From NCBI GenBank assembly GCA_964016885.1, contig OZ024743.1, positions 168,826,001 through 168,890,000 of the forward strand: a DNA stretch of 64,000 bases. The letters run 5' to 3'. Made by a program: the position numbers and the translations under genes. The notes under the pieces were generated by a model. The model was not told where the DNA came from. It ran no database searches and was given only the letters and a program-made list of their open reading frames with translations. Source of the stretch: Eledone cirrhosa (taxonomy: Eukaryota). This document shows positions 12,625-26,299 of the stretch, one piece after another (within the stretch, counting starts at the first letter, position 1; each line of letters opens with the position of its first letter).

Positions 12625-13400
12625 AGCTCCAGCAATTCTTGTACCTAATTCGACAGAAGATGATCTTCGACTTTCACTTGATAGGTTTGATGACGAGTGC
12701 TGCATAGCTGGAATGAAAATCAGTGCTGCAAAAACTGAGGCACTCATCCTCTCAAGGAAGCCTGCGCATTGCACTCTACTTGTGAATGGAGTTCCACTGA
12801 AGCAGGTAGAGAAGTTCAAGTATCTCGGGGTCGTGTTCACGAGTAATGGACGACATGAGGATGAATTAAGTGCAAGAATTGCAAAAGCTGGTGTAGTAAT
12901 TCCCCAGCATTCAGTAATCAGAAGGGCGTAGCCAAATTCGGTATCTTCAATTCAGTTTTCGTGCCAACCCTTACCTATGGTCACAAATATTGGGGAAAGA
13001 CCGAAAAGATACGATCTTGACTACAAGCGGCTGAAATGTGGTTGCTCGGAAGGGTCTTTATGCACTCGATAGAGTGCATAGCTCGGAGACCAGAGAGTCA
13101 CTCCAAGTAGAGCTGCTACTTCTCCGAATTAAGAGGTTACATCTCCGCTATTATGTGCATGTTGTTAGTATGTCTCAGGAAGGAATCACTGGACAGATAT
13201 TACTGACAAAACGAACAGACAGGAGACCGAGAGTAGAGCCTGAGCAATATGATTGGATAACATCTATGAGATTGGCTGGTTTTGCTTGGAAATCCAGCCA
13301 GATCAGTTGGAGGCGGTTGCTTCTCAAAGGATCCGCTAGAAGGTGTGTTTAAGGGCTCTGCCACCACGACCCTCTCAGGAAGAAATGGGTGAAGAAGTGT
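12625..13400 (+). mobile_element. RTE-clade (Expander/Rex3-like) LINE 3' fragment
   Basis: MKISAAKTEALILSRKP..LKQVEKFKYLGVVFTS..ARIAKAG; VELLLLRIKRLHLRY; stops and frameshifts. Confidence 0.8.
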
Positions 13401-13656
13401 ATGTGCCTACGCATACATACACCCGCACACACAAATATGCAAAGAAAGCAACAAAACTACGTACCTGCATATCTACTACACACCTACCTACTGACCTACC
13501 AACCTATCTACCTACCTTCCTACCTTCCAAACTACCAATCTACCTACTTACATACGCACATATAGACTGAGAGACAGTGGGACAAACATAAATACATACA
13601 TGCATACATCCATACATACATACATGAATAAATAAATACATAATTATACACATACA

Positions 13657-14660
13657 TACATGCATGGATATGTTTTCTGGAAGCTCCAGAGTGAGAGTAA
13701 TATAGATAAGGAAAGTAGTCTATCTTGGACCAACAACCGCTATATTGGCTCCCACTTTGAAGGATACGCTTTTGCAATCCAAGAACAGGAGTTTAACACG
13801 AAATATCTGATTCACAAAAGGGATAGGGATGCAGACAAAACACCTAGATGTGATAACAAGTGCAGGCTCTGCAGAAACATCGAAGATATCACCCATGTTA
13901 TCAGCAGCTGTCCAAAGATGTCATCGCGGTACTATCTACCTATGAGGCATAATGTAGTGGCCAAAACACTGTACAATGCAGTTCGTAAAAAAGATATCCC
14001 CGATAATAAACACATTAAAAGCTACAGCAATGTGGAAGACATCCATGTACATAATAAGAAAAAAAAGTACTGGTGGAATGTTCCAGTAAAAACCCCAATA
14101 AAATGCAGGCATAACAGACCAGATAATATGATTTGGGACAGGGATAAGAAAGCATGCACAGTAGTGGAAATTAGCTGCCCAGCAGATGCCAATATAATAT
14201 AAAAGATTAGTGAAAAGGAGAATATTGTTGCAGAACTGATGAGAAATCTGCAGATACTCTACCCTGATTACACCTTCAGATTTATGCCTGTGATTATTGG
14301 GGCACTGGGGTATGTTAGTAACTGCCTCAATACAAATCTTGAGAAGCTAGGCTTGACAGGAACAGAAGGATCACAACTACTTAGGAAATTACAAGTACAA
14401 TCCATTAATGGAACAGTAAAAATATGTAAAACATTCCAGAAATTTTGCATCTAATAACTGCATATGCACATGTACAGATGCAAAGCATATACACATGCAC
14501 ACATACAACTCAAAACATACACATCCACACATACAATAACATCCATATCTACACATGCATGCATACATACATATCTACCTAGTTGATATTGTGTAAATTC
14601 CAATGAGAGAGTCTTGTGTCTATGTTAGAAACCGTGAAATTATAAAACCAGAAGAACATA
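13657..14660 (+). mobile_element. 5'-truncated R4/Dong-clade element (CCHC + restriction-like endonuclease)
   Basis: AIQEQ..CRLCRNIEDITHVISSC..RHNVVAK..HNRPD..VVEISCP; close match to 33990-35010; in (CATA)n. Confidence 0.9.
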
Positions 14661-14735
14661 CATACAGATATACATCCACCCGAGAAACAAGTCAACAGCA
14701 GAGTTATTTGTGAAAGAGATACATTATTAAGTTAA

Positions 14736-14908
14736 ATCGTTAGAGGGTCTGACGCCATGCTGTGCATAGAGTTACGGCCCTTTCCATTCTGAGTTCAAAT
14801 CCCGCCGAGGTTAACTTTGCCTTTCATCCTTACGGGGTCGATAAAATAAAGTACCAGTAATACACTGGGTTAATTGCTGGCCTTGTGCCAAAAGTAGAAA
14901 CAATTATT
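14736..14908 (+). mobile_element. tRNA-derived SINE
   Basis: B box, core and CCTTGTGCCAAAAGTAGAAACAATTATT tail. Confidence 0.85.
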
Positions 14909-15896
14909 AAGTTAATGGTAGACACGTGTCTCCAGCGATAGGTACGTGTCCAATGGAAGAGGGGGTATCATGGTGATGATGATGGTAATTGTAATAGTGG
15001 TAGAGGTAGTGTTTGAGGTGGTGCTGACTGTTCCTATTCTGGTAATTGTGGCGGTTATTGTAGTATTTTGTTACAGAAGCTAAGTGGTCGTTTGAGTTTC
15101 TAGATAGTCGTGTGAGGGTGTTCGCGAGAAGCCTTGCAACATTCATTGATAAGATAGATTTATATGTATGTTAAGTTGTTAGCTAGACCGGGATACTGGT
15201 GCAACTGGTGGGGTACCTCCTCTCCACTACCCTCTAATCAAACCACCTACTGAACAATAACATTTACATTACTCTCTTTCTGTCTATCTATCACCTTCTC
15301 TCTTTCACTCACGCTCTCTCTCCCTCTTTCCCCCTCTATCTCTCTCTCTCTCACACACACAAATTCTATCCTCTTCTTTTTCTCTCAGTTACTCAGGCTA
15401 TATCTCTCTCTCTCAATCACACTTCCCCTCACTCACATTCTCTCTCCCTCTCTCCCTCACACACACCGCTGCCTCTATCTATCTCTGTTAGTCTCTGACA
15501 CACTATTTCTCTCTCACTCTCCCTCTCTCTGTCTCCCGTTATTTTGTATAATCCTATAAAATAGGTTCTCTATAAATGACCGTGTGTGTCGGCATATAGG
15601 TAAGTATTTACGAGAGCGACCGTCAATCACTGTTGACCCCTCCCCCCTTTACCACAGACAGTAAATCGGCAAAAACAAAAGTGTAACAATACTATTCTCG
15701 TTTGAAGTGAACACTTGAACACAGATATTTCTCACTCAGGATCACCATAACCAACTCCTATTGCTTCTCCCCTCCCCCTCCTCATCTTAGGCGGGTCATG
15801 GGTACAGACACCTCAAAAACACCTTTCAGCGAGTCCTGTCAGAAGCAACCAATTGATCCCCAAGCGAGACCAGTGAAGCTCATTCATGGATGTTAT

Positions 15897-16017
15897 CTAA
15901 GCATCATGCTCGTGTTCAACATCTGGGTCTCCTGTCAGTTGGTTTTGCGCGTAAAATCTGTCCAGTGTTTCTTTCCTGGAACATTCTAAACACGTATCTT
16001 CATAAAAAGGAAATAGC
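15897..16017 (-). CDS. Candidate terminal coding exon of an unidentified host gene (LFPFYEDTCLECSRKETLDRFYAQNQLTGDPDVEHEHDA*)
   Basis: Pyrimidine-rich acceptor TTCCTTGTTGGTTCTTGCAG|G, 39 open codons of protein-like composition, TAG stop, non-repetitive sequence; no upstream exon found. Confidence 0.4.
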
Positions 16018-16258
16018 CTGCAAGAACCAACAAGGAAGCGTCTACATTGACTCATTCAATTATAGTTTCATTCACATCGAAGATGCTATATAAGAGTATT
16101 AAATTGAATTGAGTGATACTTTATTTTATCGATCCAGGAAGGATGAAAGGCAAGGATTTGGTTATCCTCTGACTATATTAGAATACATTTAAAGTGTTGC
16201 ATGGCGTTATAGGACCCGAAAGCACGTGGTTGAAGAGTGAACTTCTTATTCAAATAAC

Positions 16259-16443
16259 TGTTTCTACTTTTTGGCACAAGGCCAGCAAATTATCAGTGCA
16301 TTACTGGTACTTTATTTTATCGACCCCGTAAGGATGAAAGGCAAAGTTAACCTCGGCGGAATTTGAACTCAGATCATAAAGGGACGTAACTCTATGCTTG
16401 AAAGCATGGTGACCGACTCTCTACCGATACTACCAATCCACTG
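16259..16443 (-). mobile_element. tRNA-derived SINE with 13-bp target-site duplication
   Basis: TTATTCAAATAAC at 16246-16258 and 16444-16456. Confidence 0.9.
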
Positions 16444-16721
16444 TTATTCAAATAACGGTACCTATACACATATATATATATGTGTGGGGGGTGCATGCGC
16501 CTGAGAGTATGTGCCTGTAATAAAATCGTGTATTCAAAATTGCTTCAACGGGAAAAATGAAACAAATTATATATACTAGTATAATTAAATACATATTCTA
16601 TCTATTTTCCATGAATATGGAGTCGCGTTTTCATTAACAATTTATAGATAAATAAAACATACACATTACGCTATCGTTAGTAGGTACAAAGTGCAGTAGG
16701 TGTTATATATATATATATATA

Positions 16722-18711
16722 TCTTTATATATATAAAAGCGAGGATGTGTGTGTGTCTGTGTACAACTTTGCAGACTTAAGGCTTTTACAATTACCAGCT
16801 GAATTTGACCCAATTTTCTGTACACGTTGCCAGGTCGCTAAGATTGTCACATCACAAACATTTTTCAAATCGACCCACGTTGAGCAATAAAAAATCGATA
16901 TCAAAATTATCGGTAGAAAAATTGATGTAAGGGAGATAACAAACTATATTGACAATCCTTATAAAGAAGGGAGATAACCAACTTTTCAGAAATATAAACA
17001 TCACATTCATTTGAAGATAATATTATCGTTTGTTTCTTGTTTATTCTTTGGTGCACTTTCAAAGTTAAAAAAACACTTGTTGTTTTAACTTGTTTCACTC
17101 TATTAAGTGTTAATTTTCGCGTTAAGGGCCTAATCTCGCAGCAGTCTCGAATTAACGAGATTTTGATGATGATTTGTTTATTTTTGGAACAATCGTTATG
17201 GAACTTTCCATTCAAACCATTTGGACCTACAACTTTTACATTTTTAAAACTTTCATAAGCCATGTTGATACAAAAAAAAAATTTGTTGGACTTTCAAAGT
17301 TAACTGTAACGCTTCAATTCATATATTTTGACTTTACAACTTTTCACCAAATATGCCCCGTAAAACAAAGTATGCACATATTGGCTATCGGTCGAAGAAA
17401 ACAATGCGTGTAAATGACGCTCCGCCGATAACCGAAAATAGACAATCACTAAATGCGGTGATTACAGTTATTGCAACATCTTTGTCCGCCGCTGAGCGTC
17501 GGTTAGTGCGGCGAACCAATAATGCTAAAGCAACTGCTGCAGCACGAGCTGCAGAGCAACGTGAAACACACCTTGCTATGGATGCTACAGATACTGCTGC
17601 AGCAAGATCTGCAGAGACAGTATAGAAATATGAAAGACGCCGTGCGCGTAATGCTTCAACTAATGTTGCAGCAAGAGCAATTGAGACTGAGCAAGAACGT
17701 CAAAGTCGGCATTTGAGAAATGCTTCAGCTACTGCTACAGCACGAGCTGAAGAGACTGTAACAAGTCGAGCTATTCGGCTGGAGGGTAACGCTCAACGTA
17801 GAGCTTTATCGCGGGGTATTTCAAAGGCATCACGCTGACGATGGTACCTTAAGGCAGTTAATTATGACCCTAATGTAAACTATCAAATCCATCCTATTCA
17901 AATATATGCCATGTCAAATACTTGCCAACATTGTAAAGCTAAAAGTGTGTGTGTGGGAGGGGGGGAATCAGCTGGAATGTGCTGCTCCAACGGTAAGGTT
18001 AATTTGCCCACCCTTAAGGAACCACCGCAACCTCTCCAGATGCTTCTAACAGGTAAGCATTCACAATCACGTGATTTTCTGAAGCATATCCGACAGTACA
18101 CCATTGCGTTTCAAATGTCCTCTTTCGGTGCAAAGCGTCTGCTCACGAGTTGGCAGTCGAGATAATCTCTTTGCGTTTGTTCCGAAAAGAAAAACAAAGA
18201 ATACCAACTATCCTGAAGTGCTTTAGTGTTAACAAAAAAACTTATTACAGCTCTGCCTTGACTTCACCTTACGCATTACAAAACATACTAATGAATATGT
18301 CATGCAGGATATTTTGGATAATCAGTTAAAAAATTTAACCATACACAGCAAAGGATGCTCTCAAAGAATAGATTTTATCTTATTCTACTCTCATTGTTTA
18401 TTTTTGTTTGTATACAAATCTGCTTTCATTACAACTGTTTTGTACTTTAGCAAAACTGCCTGTTTTTTTACAGATTTGCAACGTGTATTGTCTTTAATCA
18501 TTTGTATAACTACATCCTGTTCAGTGTTTTCCTTCATTATCAGCATAGTTTTATGTGTACAAAGATTGCACTAAATATTCGTTTGCATTAATTATTGAAG
18601 ACTTCTGCTCATTTTGACAGGTTGGGGACAAATAATGTTCTTCTTTTACTTCCTAGCTGTATATTCTTAGCATAATTTCAAACCCCGAGCAACGCCGGGT
18701 AAATCTGCTAG
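16722..18711 (+). mobile_element. Internally deleted (non-autonomous) Helitron
   Basis: 5' TC after A, 3' CCCGAGCAACGCCGGG hairpin + CTAG before T; RepHel N-term CQHCKA..CCSNGKV..FLKHIRQY..FQMSSFG fused to C-term VCSRVG..NLF..TKNTNYPEVL*. Confidence 0.9.
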
Positions 18712-18898
18712 TAGTATATATATATATATATATATATTGTTATACATGGAGAGGGTCATATTTATTATTACTATATATATATATAGTAATAATAAATGTG
18801 AAGGCTAAAATCCGAAGAGGGCTCGATAAGGATTATATATAATATATATACACCCGTAGAGCAAATAATCTGTTCCTATAATATATATATATATATAA

Positions 18899-19918
18899 TT
18901 TAAAGAAAGAAGAGTAACATGATTGTTTCTTTGATCGGATGTGTCTATAGTTCGCTAATCGCTTGAGGTTGCGTCAATCGATCTCCAATACATAGTTTAC
19001 CACTTGCCAACACATCAGAGCACATAGATATGAAAATAATTCACTCGAGGCAAGAATTATATAGAGGAGTAGTGTAAAAGAAAACAATAATATCAATAAT
19101 AGAGCAGCATATAATTAAAACAATTACATGCATCGTAGATAGAGAAGTTACATATGTAAAAAGAGACAAGTTAGATACGATGTAGGGTACATTGAAAAAT
19201 AATAATAAGAAGAAGATGAGGAGATGGAAAAAACAAAGAAATAAAAGAAATGAAATAGTGATATATTGTACTTAGAGTTAGATTTTAGTGTTCTTCAAGA
19301 AAGTTTTTCTTGTGCTAATATGAGAGGCCAGATTTTAGAAGTAGATAAATACTTGTGGAGGGTCCGGTAAGACAGACAGCAATAAAGTAGAGATTAATTG
19401 ATGTATACCATTATGGGTTGACAGGTCATTTGATAAACGCTCGTTGTAGATGTTGCTTGCTTTATTACACCCTCTCTCCACCAACCTCATTAAGATAAAG
19501 CAACCAACATCTACTCTCTCACTTATTTATTTCCTCATATTTTCCATTTCCTCATTTTCTTTAATGTACCCTATCTTATATTTTACTTTTTACTTTTTAC
19601 ATCTGTAACTTCTCTATCTATCTACCATACATGTTTTATTATCGATGTTATTGTTTTAATTAGACGCTATTCTATTATTGTTCTTATTGTTTTGGTTTTA
19701 CGCTGTTTTTTTCTATATAAGCCTTGCCTCGAGTGAATTATTTTCATATCTACATACTCTGATGTGTTGACAAGTGGTAAACAATGTATTGGAGATCGAT
19801 TGACGCAACCCCAAGCGATTAGCAAACTCTAGACACACCTGATCAGCGAAACAATTGTTAGTACTGTAAATAAAGCCCTTACTGTACAGCCAACCATGTT
19901 AATGTTCTTTCTTTAACT
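18899..19918. repeat. Imperfect ~330-390-bp inverted repeat (PLE fold-back remnant)
   Basis: 18899-19235 is the reverse complement of about 19530-19918; arms carry a hammerhead-like motif. Confidence 0.75.
19755..19863 (+). ncRNA. Hammerhead-like motif with A9U change and 82-nt stem II domain
   Basis: TACT-CTGATGT-GTTGA...TCAGC-GAAAC-AATT-GTT-AGTA. Confidence 0.45.
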
Positions 19919-20080
19919 ATTATTACTCCAACTATAACCTGCATAGAAATTACCGCGATCTCGCTGCATAACTATGGAAACATCTTGTTGACTCAAACAA
20001 AGCCGTACGTTAAAACTATCCACGACGCGGAGTGCTCATAATTTCTAACTGGATTACCTATAACGATAAATTGACATCCC

Positions 20081-20152
<72 letters not shown>

Positions 20153-20401
20153 AAAATGAAACGAAATTTCATTTCCCACTCTTAGTACGGCTGTTACTTA
20201 AATATAAGTATGTACATACATATATGTATACAGACGTACAGTAGTATATATATATATACATACATGCACACATATATATATGTACGTATGGATTCATCGA
20301 ACATTTATTATAATTATCGATGTGTTTGTAAACAAACACCCCGTATTAAGCCGTAGTGTCTAGCAACCATCGTTGCTCGTTTGTTCAACACTGACAAAGG
20401 A

Positions 20402-20444
20402 ACGGTGTACTAGTTTCAAGCTTATTAGCTATCGTCAGCAACGT
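20402..20444 (-). ncRNA. Minimal type I hammerhead ribozyme
   Basis: ACGTTG-CTGACGA-T-AGCT-AATA-AGCT-T-GAAAC-TA-GTA-CACCGT; palindromic stem III. Confidence 0.65.
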
Positions 20445-20580
20445 ACACCTTCCTGCCAGATTGTTGAACGTATATACTTACCTTATGCATATTAGCGGCT
20501 GAGTAGCCCAATTTGCATATCGAGTGGGTTAATCGGCCGGGTGCACTCAGCCGTTAATACATATATGTATGTACGTGTAC

Positions 20581-21163
<583 letters not shown>

Positions 21164-21165
21164 AT

Positions 21166-23824
21166 ATGTAAGATCAAAAGATGGTTAAAAGAGTTCCATG
21201 TATTTTATTATGCGCATTTCAAAAACAAATATCATCATGCGATGACATTTGCGTTTTCGTCAGATAAAATAGAGAGACATGATATGAAGGTTAAAAAAAC
21301 ACTTGTGAATAGTGCACTTTTAAATCAACATATGAAAAGTAGTTTTAGATTGATGTGTGATATTGGAAAAAAATGAGGGCGGGGTTGGGGTGGAAAGGAT
21401 GAAAAAGGGGAGGAGATGAGAGTAAAGAATGGAGGGGGAGGAGTAAAATAAGGAAGGGTGAGATAGGAGGAGAGATTGGTGATAAAGAGAGACAGATAGC
21501 TTTTAAAACTGAGAAAAATATATTGTTTTACAGAGAGAGGTTAAAAAACCGTTGGAAAATACTATATAAATTAAAAGAATTTGAAAATTAACGAAGAGAA
21601 AAATTTAAGAATAATGTTAAATTGAGATTTGTATATTGAAGGGTTTAATAATATCTGCGATGGAAAGGAATTGTTGATATGTATTATTAAAAATAAAAAT
21701 AGTAATGTAATTAAGTATATATTGTGAAAAGAAGTAGAAGAGTGAATGAATTATGAATTTAGAGGAATTAGTTAGTATTTAAGTTTGTTTTTATGTAATG
21801 TAATATGTATGTGTAATATATGTAAATAGTTTGTTTAAGGAGAAGACCTTAACATCAAAATATGTATGTTTATGAAGTATTTCCTAATGGTAATAATATA
21901 ATGTAATAAAGGAGATTAGTTAGGGTTTAAGTTTGTTTTTATGTGTTGTGATGTGTAATATGTAGAAGTTAGACGAGCATGAGAGGGAGAAAAAATAATG
22001 AATTGAGGATGAATAATCTAACGTCAAAAAAATGTTTATGTTTGCGAAGTATTTTTCAAAATATTTAAAAGGGTAATAGTAAGTTTTATGGCCAGTGATA
22101 GGATGGAAGAAGGAAGAGTGGATATATTGTGGTGAGTAATAATGAGAATTGAGAAGTATCTAGGAAGAAAACGTACAGATTAGAGGTTAGAAATTAAAAG
22201 AAAAAAGGAAAAAAGGAAGAAAGGGAAGTGATAAATAGGAATGATATAGAATGAGTAACTAGTATTATATAATGTATAATAAATGACATTGAAATAAGGT
22301 AGAAAGATGGGTATATTTTTAAAGAAATATATATATATGTGTGCCTTTGAGAAAAAGGATTTTAAATTGGTAAAGTATTAGATATTAGCTGTATACTTTA
22401 TGGAATGTTCTGAGGAATTTATGCAAGCAGAGAGAAAACAAGTCAGTGCGTCTATTTATTATAGAATCTAAATTAGATATAATGGTAAATTTCTCACATA
22501 AACAGAGATTACATGTTTTGGATAGAGAACTGTTCAAGTATGGAGAAGCAGAAGAAACCTTCCTCCAAGAGATGTTATTGTTAATATATTTGTCTTTCAA
22601 GGACCATATGAGTTCTGAGAGTGCCGTGTTGGTTCTTTTAAGTTGGTATTTAAAAGATGAATGATGATTATAAAGACGAGCTTTAAAGGAGGTGGAAGTG
22701 GAGCCAAAATAGGTAAAGGAATTGGCTTCAGTTATAACTTTACACTCATAGATTAAGTTTTTTTCAAGACAATGGTTGTTGAGAGGACATTTATTTTTAA
22801 CAGGACAATTACAATTGCGATTAGAGAAATTAACAGAGTTATTAACATGTGACCTAGTGTTATCTATAGGAGGAATTGGATTGGAGAAGTTATTTACGAT
22901 AGGAATAATAGTTTCTTGATTTAGATTGGGATTAAGAACATTTAACCAAGTTGCGTTTGACGTCGTATTTGGGTTTGCAGAAATTAGCCTAGAGTTAACA
23001 ATGACGTCGGGAGTACTATTACTATTATTATGAATTTCAGTGTTGGAAGGAAGAGATTTAGTATTTAGTATTTTATTGTTGCGTTTAGAGATAATCTTGG
23101 AGATGTTGGAGGAGGTCGAATAGGAACATTTTATAGTGTGTTTGTTAAATATTTTACTATAGATATGTGAGGGAGGGAAGCATTTATTTAAGGCACTAAA
23201 GAATAATTTAGGAATATTATTATTAATAGAGATGGAGAAAGGAGCATTACACCAGATTATGTTTTTGTATCTAGGTCTTTTATTAAATTTATTGGAATGA
23301 TCATGATTAATTATTTTACTGTAATATCCTCTAGGATTTGTTTCTTTACTGTATTTGATTTTATCAGGATAACCGGCCCCATAATAACGCGCTTTCTAAA
23401 GAAAGCGCGTTATTATAGTAATTGGCGTTAGCATCAAAGATGTTTTTATTAGATGATAGGTTGGATATTCTTTTTCCAATATTACTAACTATAGCATTCT
23501 TAATATTAGTGGGGTGGTTAGATTTAAAATTAACATAATTTAGATTCTCATTGTTTTTATGGTAAGGGTAATATAGGCCAGTGTCAAGATTAAGAGATAC
23601 ATCCAAGAAGTTAGCTAGTTTGATGTTGTTGTCAAATTCAATTTTTAAGTTATGTTGGTTAAAGAGATTACGTATATTGTTATTAATAATATTAAGATTA
23701 ACTATGTTGCAATTTAAGATAGTAAAGAGTCCATCGTCACGATAAATTCCACCGCGAAGCGGATGTATCTCTTAATCTTGACACTTACCATAAAAACAAT
23801 GAGAATCTAAATTATGTTAATTTT
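21166..23824 (-). mobile_element. 5'-truncated Naiad-type PLE with 3' hammerhead and short inverted 5' tail
   Basis: RGGIYRDDGL RT motif (~23730-23760), FLDVSLNL..YHK, open frame ~23360-22385 with CNCPVKNKCPL..C and YEC..YFGST; 23761-23824 is an inverted copy of 23526-23604. Confidence 0.9.
21202..21270 (-). ncRNA. Type I hammerhead ribozyme, canonical core
   Basis: ATTTTAT-CTGACGA-16-bp stem II (GCAT loop, one mismatch)-GAAA-TGCGCA-TA-ATAAAAT. Confidence 0.85.
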
Positions 23825-23853
23825 ATATATAAAATTATGTTATTGTTGTTGTT

Positions 23854-24280
23854 AGGGCGGTAGATTGGCAGTATAGATAAAGCGTCGGATACCCTGCTTT
23901 GCAGCATAGAGTTATGGCCCTTTACGTTCCGTGCTCATATCCCGCTCAGGTCAACTTTGCGTTTCACCCTTACGGGGTCGATAAAATAAACTACCAGTAA
24001 TGCACTGGGATCGATTTAATCGACTTTCACCTCCCCCAAATTCCTGACCTAAAGTAGAAACAATTGTTATTAGGGCAGTGGATTGGCAGTCAATGTAGAG
24101 CGCCTGACAAAATGTTTTACGGCATATTGTTTCTTGCGTTTACGTTGAGCTCAAATCCCGCCGATGTTAGCTTTGTTTCTCAGCGGTACGGGGTCGATAA
24201 AATAAAGTACTAGTAACACACTGAGGTCGATTTTATCGACTTTCCCATTGCACCAAAATTGTTGGCCTTGTGGTTTATTA
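23854..24280 (+). mobile_element. Two tandem tRNA-derived SINEs
   Basis: Heads AGGGCGGTAGATTGGCAGT (23854) and AGGGCAGTGGATTGGCAGT (24072), shared core and tail. Confidence 0.85.
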
Positions 24281-24289
24281 TTTGTTGTC

Positions 24290-25000
24290 GGACTGAGAAG
24301 ACGATTTTTTTAATATAATTGTTGTATTTTTGTGACATCCGTCTTTATCATGTATAAAGGCGACCCCATAATATTTGAGCCTATGGGCCCAAATATTTGA
24401 ACTTTATTTCTTTTGAAAATTTCTTTTTCTGAAACAAAAAGAGACACACCGCCCAACATTAAGTCTGCCGTCTCAGGATAGCGACTTGAAAGTTGAGAGG
24501 AGGGACACAAGCACAATTATGGACACACAAAAATTAATTACAACACAACATGCAAAAATGAAATTAGCAACACCGCCACAAACAACATGAACAACGACAG
24601 CACCAACAGCAACAACGAAACAAGTGAAGAGAACAACAGCAGCAAAAACACCGAGAGTTACAACGTAATTAAAAACAACAACGAAAACAACAACTGCACC
24701 AAGAAAAACATCAACTGCAACAGCTACAACTACAACAAGACTAAAAATAACAACAACAACACAAAAAACAACAATATCAACAACAAGAACAGCCATAGAA
24801 CAGGTAAGAGCAACACGGACAACAACAAGAACTCTTTCGCTGCTGAAGCAGCTAAAAAGAGGCCATGATTCACCATGGACCTCAGTGAAAAGGATAAAAA
24901 GTTGGCCCAAGCATGGAAGCACATTAAACAAGAGCAAACCTGGGCTTACTTAACTATCCCGGTGGAGTGGAGAACGGTGCACATGCACATGCACAGTAAA
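24290..25000 (+). mobile_element. Probable 5' part (Asn-rich ORF1) of a Tx1/L1-like LINE
   Basis: Asn/Ser-rich ORF ending KNSFAAEAAK resembles the ORF1 N-terminus at 58579-59154 (..NNNKKEKPISFAGIAK). Confidence 0.45.
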
Positions 25001-25911
25001 AAATACCTTTAAATATGTTGAATGAGCTTCAACGACATGGTGCCGATAAACATCTAATTACGAGGGCAGATATAAATATGACTGGACGTCTCATCAGCTA
25101 GAGAGAGAGCAGCAAGATTTCAGTGACAATTGAATCAGTTCGAGAAATTAATAAATTCGGAGCAGCTATACACAATTTTAATATGTATGATAACCGTGTT
25201 TCTCTTTAGATAAGCTCAATGGACCTAAACTTCTCTTGGCACTGCGAAACAGTACTGTCAAGAATATTACTTTTTCCACCTTAAGTATGTATATCTTTTC
25301 CTGATGTTATATGTATTAAGTACAAAATAATATGTGTTACTCAAACGATATATAACTATTTCTCTCTCTCTACCTAAAATTTTTCTGTCGTCACGTAAAA
25401 TTCTATGTGTATTTGTCATAACATAATTGCTATAAGTTACTGTTTTTTCCCGTCTCTTACTCCACTGGACAGCGCTCTGACTTGTGTCAGATGTTGGGGA
25501 TAAATTCAATCGACTGAGATAGCGATATGTATATAAAATAGGACATGGGGTGAAAGCGTAAGCAAGAGAAAAGCGTTTTGTTCAGAATTTTTAATGCGTA
25601 TTATACAGGGAAATATGTGGTTGGGAATGTATTTGTTTGTTTATTTTGCCCATTATCCAGTCAGAAGTAACTAGAATGTATGAGTATATTTAGGTTGAAT
25701 ATTACGGCAAGGGAGTAAATATATATATACACATGTGTGTGTATGTATACGTCAGTTTGCGTTTGTACGTGCCATTGTATATCAACAATTATACATACAT
25801 ACATATACATACAAATATACATACTTACACACAGACGCACATACACACGAACACACACACACACACACACACACACACTATTACACACACACACACACAA
25901 ACACACACTCA

Positions 25912-25962
<51 letters not shown>

Positions 25963-26299
25963 ATATATATATAAACTTGTTCTGCAAAATTCTTGATGTG
26001 AAATCGTGTGTTGAAACCGATTTATATTTGGGGAAGGTCATATTGTCAATATTGCCAATAGAAAGAAGCACACGCACCATATCATTTTCACTTTATCTTT
26101 AATGTTTTTATTCATTTGATTATCAGGACCAAACCCAACAATATCTCTAGTGTTAGTCGTAGCAAAACCTACCACATAACACACAATAATAGTGACAAGC
26201 TTGAACAAGCAATCAAAAATGAGACTAGTATACGTACTCTACCCCCTAGAACTAGACGTAACAAAAACTCTAAGAATAGCTAACAAACCAGTGCCTCAA

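Noticed and set aside
25020-25100. Minus-strand CTGATGA-GACG...CGTT-GAAG
   Set aside because: GAAG instead of GAAA and no stem I or III pairing
25374-25513. Possible minus-strand internal exon
   Set aside because: Weak splice sites and phase incompatible with the candidate exon at 16017
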